Part shown: positions 23,804 through 37,400 of the stretch, piece after piece
How the letters are laid out: each line of letters begins with the position of its first letter
Numbering within the stretch: position 1 is the first letter of the stretch
From: Neocallimastix sp. 'constans'
Taxonomy: Eukaryota
Length of the DNA stretch: 64,000 nt
Reading direction: 5' to 3'
NCBI GenBank assembly: GCA_050613775.1
Contig: JBODTK010000013.1
Coordinates: 1,240,001-1,304,000, forward strand
Made by a program: the position numbers and the translations under genes
The notes under the pieces: generated by a model
Database searches by the model: none
What the model was told of the DNA's origin: nothing
Seen by the model: the letters and a program-made list of their open reading frames with translations, nothing else

Positions 23804-24339
23804 ACATCTCAACCCATTTTGCATAAATAATTATTTTATTAATTATTTTATTAATTATTAATAATATCTTCTTGAATATTCTTTCTGTATAAAATTATAG
23901 AAAGTTAAAGATTCTTTCGGTTCGTAATTCAACCGAAATGAATTTAGAAATTCTTATTATATAAATTATTTTATTCTTTTTTGATAAGATTCATTTTCAT
24001 CAATTAAAATCTATATTCTAGAAACTTTACATTATTAATTATTACAAACATATTTCTAAATATTTCTTTAAAATTATTTTTACATGTTAAAACTGTTTTT
24101 CCGTTAAAAGTATAAATAGTGCGAACTTCACGAATGAAAATATTTTTCTTCGTGCTTTTATTAATAATAATTAACGTATAAGTAATTCGAAATATTACCT
24201 TGTTGATTAATATTAATAATTATTTTAAATTTTATAATTAATAAAAAATATTTCTAATAAAACGAATTATTTATACAGATAGTGTAAACCTATTGAGTTT
24301 TCTCCTTTCTGTGTTTCTATATCTCATCCCACCTTTACA

Positions 24340-25343
24340 ATAGAAGCACCTCCGTTACAATTAATAATATTTTCATTATTTTGCTTTGAATTCTTAATAC
24401 CTTTAATTAATTCATCTTTAGAAATTTTTGAAATGTTAAGGAGTTGTCCAATTGTAATATTTGCTGGAATATTTAATAAATCTTCGCAAATATTATATTG
24501 CTCGCGGTTTCTCATCATCTGTATGGTAGGTTTTTGTTTCTTTTCTTTTTCCGTTAAATTTTTATTCTTCATTTTGTCCATATTATTAACATTATTAACT
24601 GTCTTCATATTATTAATTTTATTACTTGAATCATTATCATTAATTTTATTCTTAATTCTTTCTCTTTGCTGTGCGTTATTATGAACTTCATTTTTTTCAT
24701 TTTTATTTTCATTATTATTATCAATTTTAATATTATTGTTAAGGACTTTTTTATTTATTCTTCTCGTAGGTTTAATAATTCGTTTGTTATTTATAATATT
24801 ATCAGTGGAATTATTATTTTGGATAGGATTACTAATATTATTTATATTATCAAATATTTTACTTTGAGGAATAGTTTGTGAATTATTAATGGAAGTTTTG
24901 TCATAATTATTCGTTATATTGCGTAACTTCTTATTAGCGTTTGTTAATATATTATTATATTTTTCATCTCTTTCTCTTTTTGCAGCAGCTATAATTTCTT
25001 CCAAATTGTTATGATTGTCGTAAGAAGATACTACAACATTGTCGTCATTATAATCATTATTTTTATCATTTTCAAAATAGAATTGTTCATTATTATTTAT
25101 ATTATCATAATCATTATTATAATCATTATTATAATCATTATTATCATAATGGTTAAAATTATCATTATCATAATCTTCATTATAATTATTATCATAAATA
25201 TTATTGTAGTTATTATTATAATTGTTATGGTTATTACTATAATCATTATTGAGACAAACAGTAGCAATATTGTTTTCATCATAATCATTATAGTTGGCAT
25301 TTTGATTATTGGAAGTTAGCCTTCTTCCGTAATCTAGTTTTTT
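24340..25343 (-). CDS. Pol of element C, N-terminal Asn/Asp-rich part
   Basis: YNICEDLLNIPANITIGQLL matches the pre-protease region of A and B Pol; begins at slippery AAAAAAC (25343-25337). Confidence 0.8.
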
Positions 25344-26293
25344 GTATTTGGATTATTGTTTTGTTGGTATCTAAGTTGTGGGCAATACCTAATAATATGG
25401 CCAGGCTCATGGCACCAATAACATACTTTTATATGTAGGTTCTCTAAACCCCTAGTAATATCATCAACACTATTTAGACCATTATTATTGTTAGGAGTAT
25501 TATTAATATTTCTTGGAACCTTTGTATTATTCATCCTATTTAATGTATTATTATTAATATTATTATAGTTGTTATAATTATTGTTAAAATTATTACTCCT
25601 CTGTAATTCATTATTTAAATTCCTATTTTTATTTTGTAAATTGGTATTTAAGAATGAGTTATAATTATTATTTAATTGATTAAAGTTTTGGTTGGATCTA
25701 TATCTACTAATAAAAGGATAATTATTTTGGATATTATTATTGTTAAATTTTCTACCCTTTTGTACTGAGCGACTTCCAAGTTTTATTCTTTCTACTTTTT
25801 CTGCAATTTTACAAGCAGCCTCAATAGTCTTGGCTTCTTCATAGGCTACCTTTTCATAAATATCAGTTCGACTACGTATAGAATTCTCGTAATCGTAGAC
25901 TGATAATTTTGCTTTATTATCTGTAGAGAGCTGGCAGTAGTAATCCAAGTACCTATCGTTAAATTCCCTGACACTTTCATTTGGCATAATTAGTAAAGTT
26001 TTTAATTCCCTAAATCTTTCATCTTCGTTTAGATAATACCTTTCCAGGAGAATATCTCTACACTCTTCTAAATTTAAAATTCTGTTTGCTTCTACGAATT
26101 TGTCGCTCACAATTTGGGTGGCTTCTTCTACAGTTCCTGCCAAAATGAACTGAAATTTTTCTTCGTCATCAGTAACCTTTTCCATCTTTAACCAATTTTT
26201 CATAAGAATGTACCAAGCTTTTACATTCTTAATATTTCCACCTATAATTGGGAGTGGAATTTTTCTTCCTTCACGGTTGGAGCTCATCTTCAT
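25334..26293 (-). CDS. Gag of element C
   Basis: 319 aa, CYWCHEPGHIIRYC knuckle. Confidence 0.9.
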   Translation of the reverse strand: MKMSSNREGRKIPLPIIGGNIKNVKAWYILMKNWLKMEKVTDDEEKFQFILAGTVEEATQIVSDKFVEANRILNLEECRDILLERYYLNEDERFRELKTLLIMPNESVREFNDRYLDYYCQLSTDNKAKLSVYDYENSIRSRTDIYEKVAYEEAKTIEAACKIAEKVERIKLGSRSVQKGRKFNNNNIQNNYPFISRYRSNQNFNQLNNNYNSFLNTNLQNKNRNLNNELQRSNNFNNNYNNYNNINNNTLNRMNNTKVPRNINNTPNNNNGLNSVDDITRGLENLHIKVCYWCHEPGHIIRYCPQLRYQQNNNPNTKN

Positions 26294-26342
26294 ATTTTAT
26301 TAAATGAATATATTGTATGTGTATATGTATTTTTTTTTTTTA

Positions 26343-26412
<70 letters not shown>

Positions 26413-27789
26413 ATTATTATTATTATTATTATTATTCAATTTTAAAGTTAATGATTAACAACTATCTACTAAGATATACTAAGATAAATTATTTCCTAAC
26501 CCTAAAGTTATATTATTATTAATTAATAATTATTTCCTAATTAGTAAAAATTTTATTTACACTAAATTTTGCATTAAACAAAAATTAATTATTAAATTTT
26601 AAATATGAAATTTATTGATAATATTGTAGTATATGAATATAGGTTAATCGTTTTTATTCTGGTTCGATTTCCCAGTCTCCTACTTCATATTTTACTACAA
26701 TAACTCTAACACTAAATTTAATTAAAATGTTGAGAAACGACGTCTTTAACCTCTAAACGCAATTTCTCCGAAATCTAACTAAATAATAAATATTAATTAC
26801 AATTAATAACTATACACTAATAAGCCTATTTTTAACTACAACCTCACACTTCGCACCAATTTTTAATGTGATATTCTTTATGTTGTAGCTGGTTTAATAA
26901 GTGTATTTGAGTTATTAATAATTTTTATTAATATTTATTTTATAATTACAATATTATTTCTACTAAAGAAAAACAAAACAAGAAAAAGAGTTAATATTAA
27001 TTATACTGTAAAGTATTAATAATATATAATTATTATAAATAAATATATATATATATAAACATAATATATATAAATAAATAATATTTTAATATGAATAATA
27101 TATAAATAATATAAACTATTATATTAATTATATATACTTTAATAATTATAAACTTTAATAATTTAAAATAAGAAGTATAATTTAATATTTAAGAAATATA
27201 TATAAGGAATATAAATAATATATACAAAATATAAATAATATAAAATATAAATAATAATATAAAATATATAATAATATAAATTATTATAAATAATAAGATA
27301 TAAATTTAATATCTGAATATACAAATATTCAAATATACAAATATGTTGCTACACATATTTGTTTTATATCATTACTTTGTTTATTATTTTATAAATCAAA
27401 GAATAATTTACATTTTTGAATTACACAAGAAAAATTTTTAATTTAAAATGTGATTGGGATAATCACATCTTTACAGGCTTATTGAATTAGTTTTAGTTTT
27501 TTATAACTTTATTTAATTTTAGATTAGGTTTTGTTTATTTTATATTGAATATATGTTTAAATAAATAGAAATAGTATATTATAATATAATTAAGAAAAAA
27601 TATAAATACATGTAAAATTATTTTATAAAAAATTGTAGTTGTTATTAACTATTTTGCTGTTAATAACTAATAAAAAAGAATTTTTTAATAAAGAGATTAG
27701 TAAGAGAATTTTTTTTAATAAAACAATTTTTATTTGTGTATTATTATTGATAGTGTTTTTGTTTTTTTTTTGGTGTAATTATAATCTGC

Positions 27790-28040
27790 TCCATAAGAAC
27801 ACTTTACACCTACTATGAAGATAATAAATTTAAAAGAAAGCAATCTCTTCCACCTCCAATTATTGTAAATGATAATGAAGAATACGAAGTCGAAGAAATC
27901 TTGGATCAAAGAAAACATTATGGTAAGATTCAGAACTTGATAAAACGGAAAAGATATCCTCTAAATGAATCGTCATGGGAGCCTGAAGAAAACTTGAATT
28001 GTCCTGAACTTTTAAAGGAATTTAAAAACTCTCATAAATA
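27790..28040 (+). pseudogene. Chromodomain-encoding 3' end of a chromovirus pol, followed by PPT and an LTR start at 28275
   Basis: Translates LPPPIIVNDNEEYEVEEILDQRKHYGK...SSWEPEENLNCPELLKEF; GCGGAACCA|TGTAAC at 28275. Confidence 0.85.
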
Positions 28041-28476
28041 TTAGCTCATTTATTTAAAAATTAAATGTAATAAAATTGTCTTGTATATAGTTTAGTTTAA
28101 TTTAATAATTTAAATTAATATGTAAATAGTTTAATCTAGTTTAATACATTAAATTAGTTTATAAATAGTTTTATTTTAATATAATCTAATAGCTTTAGAT
28201 TAATTTATAGATATTTAAAACAAATATAATTAAAACTTTGATTCGTCGGTTATCCGAATCCTCAAGCGGAACCATGTAACGGATCACAGAAATAAATGAT
28301 ATATTTTAGTGTTTAATACTTATAATTTATAGCTAAGTTCGCGAGTTCGAATCCGAACATTTACTTTAAAAAATTTATTATTTTATTTATTTATTATTAT
28401 TAAAATATTTTAGTCTAAAATTATTTGATTGGTTTAATTATAAAAATTTAATTCATAAAAATCTAATTTATTTAAT

Positions 28477-28497
28477 TGTAACGAATCTACCGTTACA
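28477..28497. mobile_element. 21-bp LTR-end relic with TSD
   Basis: TTAAT-[TGTAACGAATCTACCGTTACA]-TTAAT. Confidence 0.65.
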
Positions 28498-28689
28498 TTA
28501 ATTAAAAAAAAATATTAATAACTCAAAATTTTCATGTAAATTTATAAATCGTGTTATTAAAAATATTAATAATAATTAATAATTTATTATTTGACACCAA
28601 CCTTTTAATTCAATGATTTGTGTTTAATAATAATATTTATTTTATTAGGTTATTAATTTAAATTCTTGTTTCTTATTGTTAAGTACAGC

Positions 28690-31450
28690 TTTACAGATAC
28701 AGAATAAGTCAAGGCAAAAGTTCTTATTGATTCTGGGTCGGATCTTAACTTTATTCATCCTGAATTTGCTAGAATTAACAAATTCAAACTTAATCCCACT
28801 GCTAAGCCCTTTAAAGTCGCTGGTCTACCTCTAATGTCAATAAGGAAACTGAAAAATGAATCTTACGCCTTAGAAATCTTTTTGAAGTAATACAGTTGTA
28901 TTCTCTCCGTATTCCTGATGTTGACATTATTTTAGGACTTCTTTGGATAGAAAAGCACTGTCCCATTAATTATTATGACCCAAAGAAAATATCCTTTAGT
29001 TCAGGTTATTGTGCGCGACATGGTAATGTCGGAAAAAGAAATAGAAGAAATAAGAAAAAATCCAATAAAGGTATGAGAAAAGGCAAATTAGTTGTTGAAA
29101 ATCCCATTAAGGAACATGAATCATTCTTTTCTTGTTAGAGAAAATTTTCTTCCTATTTTGACTCTAATTGTGCTAAAGAAGTTACAATTAGAGTCGCTGT
29201 ACTCGTGTAAAAACTTGTTATTAATCATCCGAAAACAAAGGTGAAACTAACAATTTTATTATTAATTTTGATAGTAATATTAATGACTCTTCTATGTTTG
29301 ATAAAGACGATGAAATTTATGAGTTTAGTGATAGTAATAATATTAATTTAGATAATTTATATAATATTTGCAATTTAGGTAATTCATGTAATAACGTAGT
29401 TAATTATTGTAATAATGAATTAAATAAAGATGATGATGTAACAAACTATATTAAAACAAAAGTGTTTTAAAAAATTTGTGTAATATTTGTAAGTGTTTAT
29501 ATATTAGTAATATTGAAAACGACTTAAATTAAAAAATTATTGGTATATCTCTTATTTATAAAAACTTTATTGAAGTATTCAATGAAAGAAATTGTAATAT
29601 ATTACCACCTTATCGTGAATACGACTGCGAAATAAAATTAAAGGATAATTCAAATCTATTTTATGGTCCTATATATCCTTTGACTGAGGCAGAAAAAGAT
29701 GAGTTAAAAAAGTACATTAAAGAAAATCTAGAAAAAGGTTTCATTAGGAAATATACGTCTCCAACTGGTGCACCTGTATTATTTGTGAAAAAGAAAGATA
29801 GTTCATTAAGATTAGTTATTGATTATGGAAAACTAAATGAAATGATAATCCGCAATTCTTATCCCCTACCTTTAATTAGTGAATTAATTGATAAGGTTAA
29901 AGGGGCTAAACTCTTTACTAAGTTAGATTCGAAGTCTGCTTATAACTTAGTAAGAATCAAAGAAGGTGACGAGTATAAAAATGCTTTTCGTACACTCGTT
30001 ATGGTCATTTTGAATATTTAGTTAAGCCTTTTTGGCTTAAAAATGCTCCAGCCATCATTCAATATTTTATTAACGATGTTCTTAGCGATTATCTTGATAA
30101 TTTTGTAATTTCCTATAATGATGACATTTTAATTTATTCAGATAGTCTAGAAGAACATCATGATCATGTTAAGAAAGTTTTAAGGAAATTATTAGAAAAT
30201 AATCTATACATTAAACTAGAAAAATGTGAATTTGATGTTTCAGAAACCGCTTTCCATGGATATATTATTTCAAGAGATGGATTGAAAGTTGATCCCAACA
30301 AAATTAAGGCTATTTTAGATTGGCCCCCACCACGGTCAAAGAAATACAATCTTTTATTGGGTTATGTTATTACTATAGAATTTTTATCAAGGATTTTGCT
30401 AAGATTGCTCGGCCTTTACATAAACTTACCAGGAAAAACGTTCCATTTCTCTGGGATTCTGATCAACAAAAGTCCTTTAATAAATTAAAAGAACTTTTTA
30501 CTTCTGCTCCAATTCTAAGGAATCCTGATAGTAACAAACCTTTCATTGTGGAAACTGATTCTTCCAATTTCGCTGTTTGGTGCTATACTTTCCCAAGAAT
30601 TTGATTGTCAGTTATACCCAATTACTTTTATTTCTACCAGTCTAACCAAATCTCAATTGAATTACTCCATTTATGATAAAGAGCTTCTTGCAATTAAAGT
30701 TGCTTTGGAAGAATGGCGTCACTACCTTGAAGGTGCTCGCCATCCATTTACTATTTATACTGATCACAAAAATCTTACTTTTGCTAGGAAACCTGAACTT
30801 CTTTCTCAACAACAAATTCGTTGGTATGAATTACTTTCTCGTTTTGATTTTAATCTTGTGTATCGTTTTGGTAAGAAATCTGGGAAACCAGAATTCTGTT
30901 TAGAAGAAGTGATCATTTGTTTGACTACTCTTGTAATATTTCTTGCTGTGTTATTAACTATAAATCTTTTGATGAATCCTTGATTTACTCGATTTTGAAA
31001 TCTTTAAAAAGTGAAGATTTATTTATTAAAATTTAATCTTATAGCTCTATTAAAAATCCTCCTATTAAACTTATCGACAAAGTTAAAATTGATAAGGAAG
31101 GTTTTTTACTTTTTGATAATCTAATTTATGTCCCGAAGAATCTTCTCACCAGAGTGCTAGAATTACACCATGATTCAGTCACGGCCGGTTATTTTGGTGT
31201 TTCTAAAACTTTTGATTTAAATAATCGCAACTTCTGGTGGCCTAAGTTACGATATGATGTAAGAAATTCTATTAAGTCTTGTGATATTTATTGTAAGGCT
31301 AAGGTTCCAAGACACAAACCATACGGCCTTCTTTCTCCTTTGTCTACCTCAAATAGACCTTGGTCTGATATCTCCATAGATTTTATTGAATTATCGAAAT
31401 CCAAATATATGACCAGTCATGACTGTTGTTGATAGATTGACTAAAATAAC
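28690..31450 (+). pseudogene. Degenerate chromovirus-type pol (protease, RT, RNase H, partial integrase)
   Basis: LIDSGSDLNF, LRLVIDYGKLN, YDKELLAIK, WWPKL, RPWSDISIDF spread over several frames. Confidence 0.9.
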
Positions 31451-34400
31451 ATATTGATAGAGTTTAATAGAATATTAAACTTTAGGGGAATGTTAAGAAT
31501 AATAATTAAAGTTTAATATTATTTAGTATAGTTATAAATTAGGGTTAGGTTATAACATGTTCATAATTTGATACATATGAATAAGGCTTAAATAACTTAG
31601 TAATCAAGCGTATAATTTTAACAAATGTATTTCATGTATTACGAATCATTTTATAGCCCTTGTGCTATTATATTTGATTTATACTATATAATTACGCGTA
31701 ATAATAATACCATTAATAAAATGGTGTCTTTTATTAATAAAATTTATCATTAAAACTTTAAATTTATAATTAAACTTTATAAATCTAAAATAATTAATTT
31801 TTACTATTTAAATTTTTAAGATTAAGTTTTTTTTCAAATTTTATTATAAATTTGTATATATATATATATTGTCTTTTTAATATATTTATTTTTTTTATTT
31901 TTTTTCTTATCTTATTTCATTTGATGAACGATTTTTATAATTATTTAAATAAAAATATTTGTTGAATATTTGTTGATAGTAAATATTTTTAAAGAGTTCA
32001 TAATTTTATTATATATTAGTAAATATAATTCATTATATATATTTTTAAAATAGATTATTTTTTATTTATTTATTTAATTTTTTTATTAATTATTTTTTAT
32101 TTTAATTAGAAATTCAAATGGAATTAAGGATATTAACATGATTATAAAATTAATAATAATAATAATTATTAAATCTATAATTATTTTCTTTATTACATCG
32201 GACTAGAAGAATATTTTTATTTTGTTAAAATGATATTATAATTATTTGAAAATAATTTATATATAAAATGATTTATAAAATTGTTATCTTGAATAGTTTT
32301 GTTTATTCATATTTTTCTCTTAATTTATTCGTTCTTTTTTGTCTATTCAATCTTGAGTGTTCCATACTATCAATTATAACAGCTATATCTTCAACATCGT
32401 CCAAGTTAAATAATTCTATAGAAGCGACTCTAAATGTACCATTATATAAACTTTTTAATTTATCATTAAAATTGTTTAATATAAAGTTTAGCTACTTTCG
32501 CAAGAGGATTTTTCATTCCATCTAAGTTTTTTAGATATTTTCTTTATCGAATTCGCCCTCTATTCCAAAGGCAGACATGGACATTTCATCCATCATGTTT
32601 TTTAAAATATTATTAGATTGAGTACCTAATTTTAAATAATTTCTTTATTAGAATTTTTAGGGTTAATTCATTTTCTATAAAATTTGGACCTAGGGCGTTC
32701 ATAACTTCATTAAAAGTAGAGAATACATTTTCGTAGAAAATACATTTTCAAGACCTGTATCAGAAGCGCCTTCATAAGACGTCATTTTCTAAATCCATAA
32801 CATTAGTGGAATTGTCTGCATCTTTGAATTTGTTAATATTTATTTTTTTAATTTTGCTTTATAATTTTGTTTTTTCTTCGTCCGTTAATTTGTCATTTTT
32901 ATTCTATGGCTTTTATCATTTTAAATTTGAGAAATGAAGTATTTGTTGTAGAGAGTTATTGGCATAATAATAATAATCCTTTTCCGGGATGAGCATATCG
33001 AATGGAGGGATGAGCAAAACTCATCAAGACTTCGTTGGTAATTAGGAATAACTGTAGTCGCTTCATAATTATTTAGCGATAGAGTAAACCGAATTGCTCT
33101 TTTTAAAAAGAGCATGAGAAAATGCAGCTGTGGAGGAAACGGCTAAATTATTACATTGGTAAAAAGCTGTAAATAAATTTAGAATATCTTGACCACTGTT
33201 TTCCAGAGTATGTGCTTTTTTTTTTCTTTTTTTAATATAATCAGTATCGGTATCCAGCTAAAAAGTTCATTCGAGGAGTTTTTTAAAATACGTTGAGCAG
33301 TCCGTCCGTCATATCACCTGCCATTGTAAAAAAAAAATACTTTTTCTGAATATATCCGTTTTTATAGACTTTTTAGTTAGCATATTACTAATATCTTTCA
33401 TAAATGAAGATAGTTTTACCCTATTATTGCGTTTCCATTAATTCAGAGTTATTGTAAAGAGTTCTATCAGAAACAGATTACAAATAACAAATTTTAACAC
33501 CAAAATAAAAAAGAACACGTAATAAAAATTCGTTTTTTTTTTTTTTTTAAATAAAATAATCTTTATTAATTAAAAAAATTAAATCTCTTTTTTGTTATTA
33601 ACTATCATATAGTCAATAACTAATACATCGATATAATTATAGAAATTTACATGTATTTATATTTTTTCATTATTACATTATATTATTTCTATCTAATTTA
33701 CATATATTACTATTTATTTATAAACAAAATATTTATTAATAATTTTATTAAATAATAATTAACTAAACTAAACAATAATTAATTCAATAAACTTTCAACT
33801 TATTTACAATAATAATTAAATTCAATAACAACTCATTTATTATATATTTATTATATAAATATTATTAATACTAATGTTTATATATTTACAATTCAAAACT
33901 ATTTTTATAAACTATTTAAACTAATTTTAACTACTTAAAACTATTCCGAAATTAATTTTAAAGTATTTTAAACTAACTAAATTAACTAAGTTAAATAGAA
34001 TAACTATTTTAAATAAACTAAACTTAATTAACTAACTTAAATAAATTATTTAGATTTAAGTTATTATCCAAAATTATTTAAATAATAATTTTTCCTTTAT
34101 GAAAAGTTTACATAAATTTATAATTAATTTTCATTTACGTAAATCATAAATTTATGTAATTTAATTACATTTATTAATTATGTAATAATTAATTATTAAA
34201 GATCTTATTAAATCTTTACAGTTATAATGACTTACGGAGGAATTAAAAGCCTTCTAATTTACTTTTAAAGTAGAGAAACTATATCGCATAATTTCGTTTC
34301 GTCTTTATTTATATAGTAACTTATTCATTATATAAAATAAATCTTAACCTAGAACTTCATTAATGTATAATACATTATATTTATTATTTAGAAGTAAGCG

Positions 34401-37400
34401 TTTATAGAGTAAATTCATGGGTGCTATTCCTATTTCTTTTGAATAGTAATGATATTATTTTAAACTGCTAAGACATAAGTCCCACCAGTGTCTGTTACAA
34501 ATACTATCTCGGGTGATTGAAATCGGTGGATTCCAAAAGATCCAATTTGAAGGGTTAGGGCTGAATTTTAGTCCTCGGATAAATCTACATTTTAGTAGTA
34601 GTAAGTCAATATCTTCAGCATGGGTATATTGATATTGAATAATAAAATGAAAAAAATGATTATGATTTTAATAAGAAAAAATAAATAAATAATTAAAGTT
34701 ATAAATGTTTATTTGAAAATTTTTATTTAAAAAATAATCTTAGAAAGTAGCTATACCAATTACATTTAAATATATATATTATAATAATTATTTAAATATA
34801 AATTAAATTAAATAAAAAACAATCAAAAAAATATATATATATTTGAATATTATAAAATAATAAAATATTTATAAAATTAATAAAATAAATAATTTAATAA
34901 CTCAATAACTAAATATTTAGTACTCATTTTAAGTAAAATAAAATGAAATAAAGTGTAAAATATCATGTTAAAAGTAAAAATTGACTAAAATAATATTAAA
35001 TTAATTAAAATACTATAAAATAAAATAAATAAATATAAATAAATACTAATAAATATAAAATATATGAATTTCTTCTTTAAAAATATAAAATACAAATAAA
35101 ATTAATTTTTCAACTTGAATTTTAAACAAATGAAATGTACATAGAAAAGGATGCAAAACTGAAGGAAAACAAAATTTGTTATAAATAAAAGAATTTCAGT
35201 CCCCATAATACACTTTTTTTGTGAATGTAACTTTTCCGAAATAAATCAACTATTACAAACAATAACTCAAACCAATACCAATATTTTAAATGTTGAAATG
35301 ACCTTAAAGTATAAACCTAAACCAACAATAGATAATGAATATGCAACGGATTCACCAACGGACACGAGGGATAGGATTGAAATTGATGAATATATCCATG
35401 ATATGAATAACTTCATCAATAGTGATATTTACAGTAAATGTACCCTTTTAACTAGTACATCAGGATTAGCAAACCCACACAGTGACGAATTAACAGGAAT
35501 TTAAAATGCATATATCCCCAAAGGATATATGATCGATATCCATAAAGGAGTAGGAACAACTATCAATTATGGTAAGGATAGCAGTGCCAAATGCTCCACC
35601 ACCCTAAATTTCGACTTTAACTATTCATCAAGCGTTAGTACTTCCTTTACCATAGGAAGTTCTCACTCCAAAAAGTATCACTTTAGAATCTTCAAGACAA
35701 GAACGGGAATCCAGTAGTTTACAAGATAGTATTGCAACAACGGTGGAAGAATCCGTTTATAAGACAGACACTCAAGAAGATTCCAGAAGATTGAACTCAG
35801 TAATACAATTAGAAGTACAGAAGAAAATTCTATTCAAAAAACAAATAGTAAAGAAACCAATAATTCGGAAACAATAACTACAACAAAGGACTTTCAAGAT
35901 TCCCATACAAAGAATAAGGATGAAATAAATGGAGAAGAATCTGGAACAACTACAACCAAAGAAAATAGCCGACAAATAAGTGGTGGAGGTTCTGTAAGTA
36001 TGTATGTATTGAAATTAATGGAATTTTTATTATAGGTGCGGAAGGAAGCTATACCGACACGGAAAATGAATCAAAGTTTAAAAAAAGACGATGGTAAAAA
36101 TACATGTTTAAAAAAAATCGTATATACTTCCATGGTAAAAAGGAAACCATTATCAAGACTTAGTAAAAATGCCAGTAGTATCATATTAAAAATGGATGTA
36201 CTGGCAGAACAATGTCGTAAGAGACCTATTTGGAATCTTTCAGAAATTAATACTGATAAATCTAAACGTGGACGAATATATTTAGGAGATACACTTGACT
36301 GTGGCACCTACAGTTTATCTATACGATCGGACAAAATTGAAATTCGAGAATACTATACGGGAAATGAAGAAGTATTATGGAAAAATTTAGATGGTGAAGT
36401 GGACTATGCACAGATCAATCCATTCGATGGTACTTTCGTCATTGCCGATGTAACTAATAGACAACCCGTAGGATCTATTGGTAAATCAGATACTAAAGCT
36501 ACTGCTCCTTATAAAATGAAATGTATAGGCAATAGTAAAGTAAGTATTACTAACAGCGAAGGTGTTACACTATCGACGTTCCCTCAGCCAAAAAATATCA
36601 AGCTTAATAACAGGAAGTAACTTTATTATATAACATGGAATTATGCGACAAAAACATACTGCTGCTTATCTCTCATAGATAATGTAGCATATTACATCAA
36701 TAAAAATGGAAAAAAAGATACTTTAAATAGAAAAGAAATAAAAATTATGGTTAATAATTATGGACAGCTACTCTTTTCCTCGAATTCCAAAACCACTGGA
36801 AGTAAAAAAGAATATGGTAAATATACCGCAAAATACGACACTGTAACGAAACTCACAACTAGCAAATTAGTAGCCATGGTTCAGTATAAGTTACCAGGAC
36901 CATCAGGCTGAACCTTAGGGTTCGACTCACACTCTTTCCAAACTTTAATAATTTTTATTTATTATAACTAGAATATTAAAGAAATTACTAGTGTTTATCG
37001 GTTAAAAAAATTGAACCGATAAAACTAGAAAAATCTATTTTATCAATAATATTTATCATTTTTATCAAAGATTCATTTTCTTGAAAGAAAACTTGTTTTC
37101 TTTAGTTTTCTTTAATTTTCTTTTATTTCTAATAATTACTAATAACAAGTGATAACTTAAAATAATTATTTTTCCTTAAAAACTATAAATAGGTGTAAAT
37201 TTTCATAATAAAATGTTTTTTCTTGAGTTTTTATTAATTAATTTTAAAATAATTTAAAATATTACAATAATTAATAAAGTAATAAATTATATTTTTATTA
37301 AAAAAAAAAAAACTTGTTTTAATAAAACATATTTTGAATTACTTTTGCTTCAATTACCTTTCCTGTAGAAAACTTAAAAAAAACAATCTTAATTAACATT

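Larger units (their letters stand above)
18001..24339 (+). mobile_element. Chromovirus-family solo LTR (18001-18021 plus 23732-24339) inserted in element C and itself split by element B and LTR D
   Basis: Joining across TSD GTTAG gives TGTAACGAAATCTTCAGTTAGTAAAATTAGAATTTTGGTTCAATGG..., similar to the element 1 and E LTRs; TATAAATAG near 24111, ends TTTACA. Outer flanks (ATTAA/ATAGA) match poorly. Confidence 0.75.
13859..27371 (-). mobile_element. Ty3/Gypsy 'element C', pol split by nested insertions at 18001-24339
   Basis: LTRs 26865-27371 and 13859-14365 are near-identical. TSD TTACT (13854-13858, 27372-27376), PBS TGGTGCGAAGTGTGAGG (tRNA-Leu-like, 26858-26842), PPT-like GCAGGGAAG near 14375. 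Confidence 0.92.

Noticed and set aside
31481..31520. PPT plus LTR start (TTTAGGGGAA|TGTTAAG)
   Set aside because: Resembles the Copia 3' junction, but no partner LTR, end or TSD could be located.
32300..33350. Possible minus-strand gene remnant
   Set aside because: Coding-like composition but many stops and no recognisable motif.
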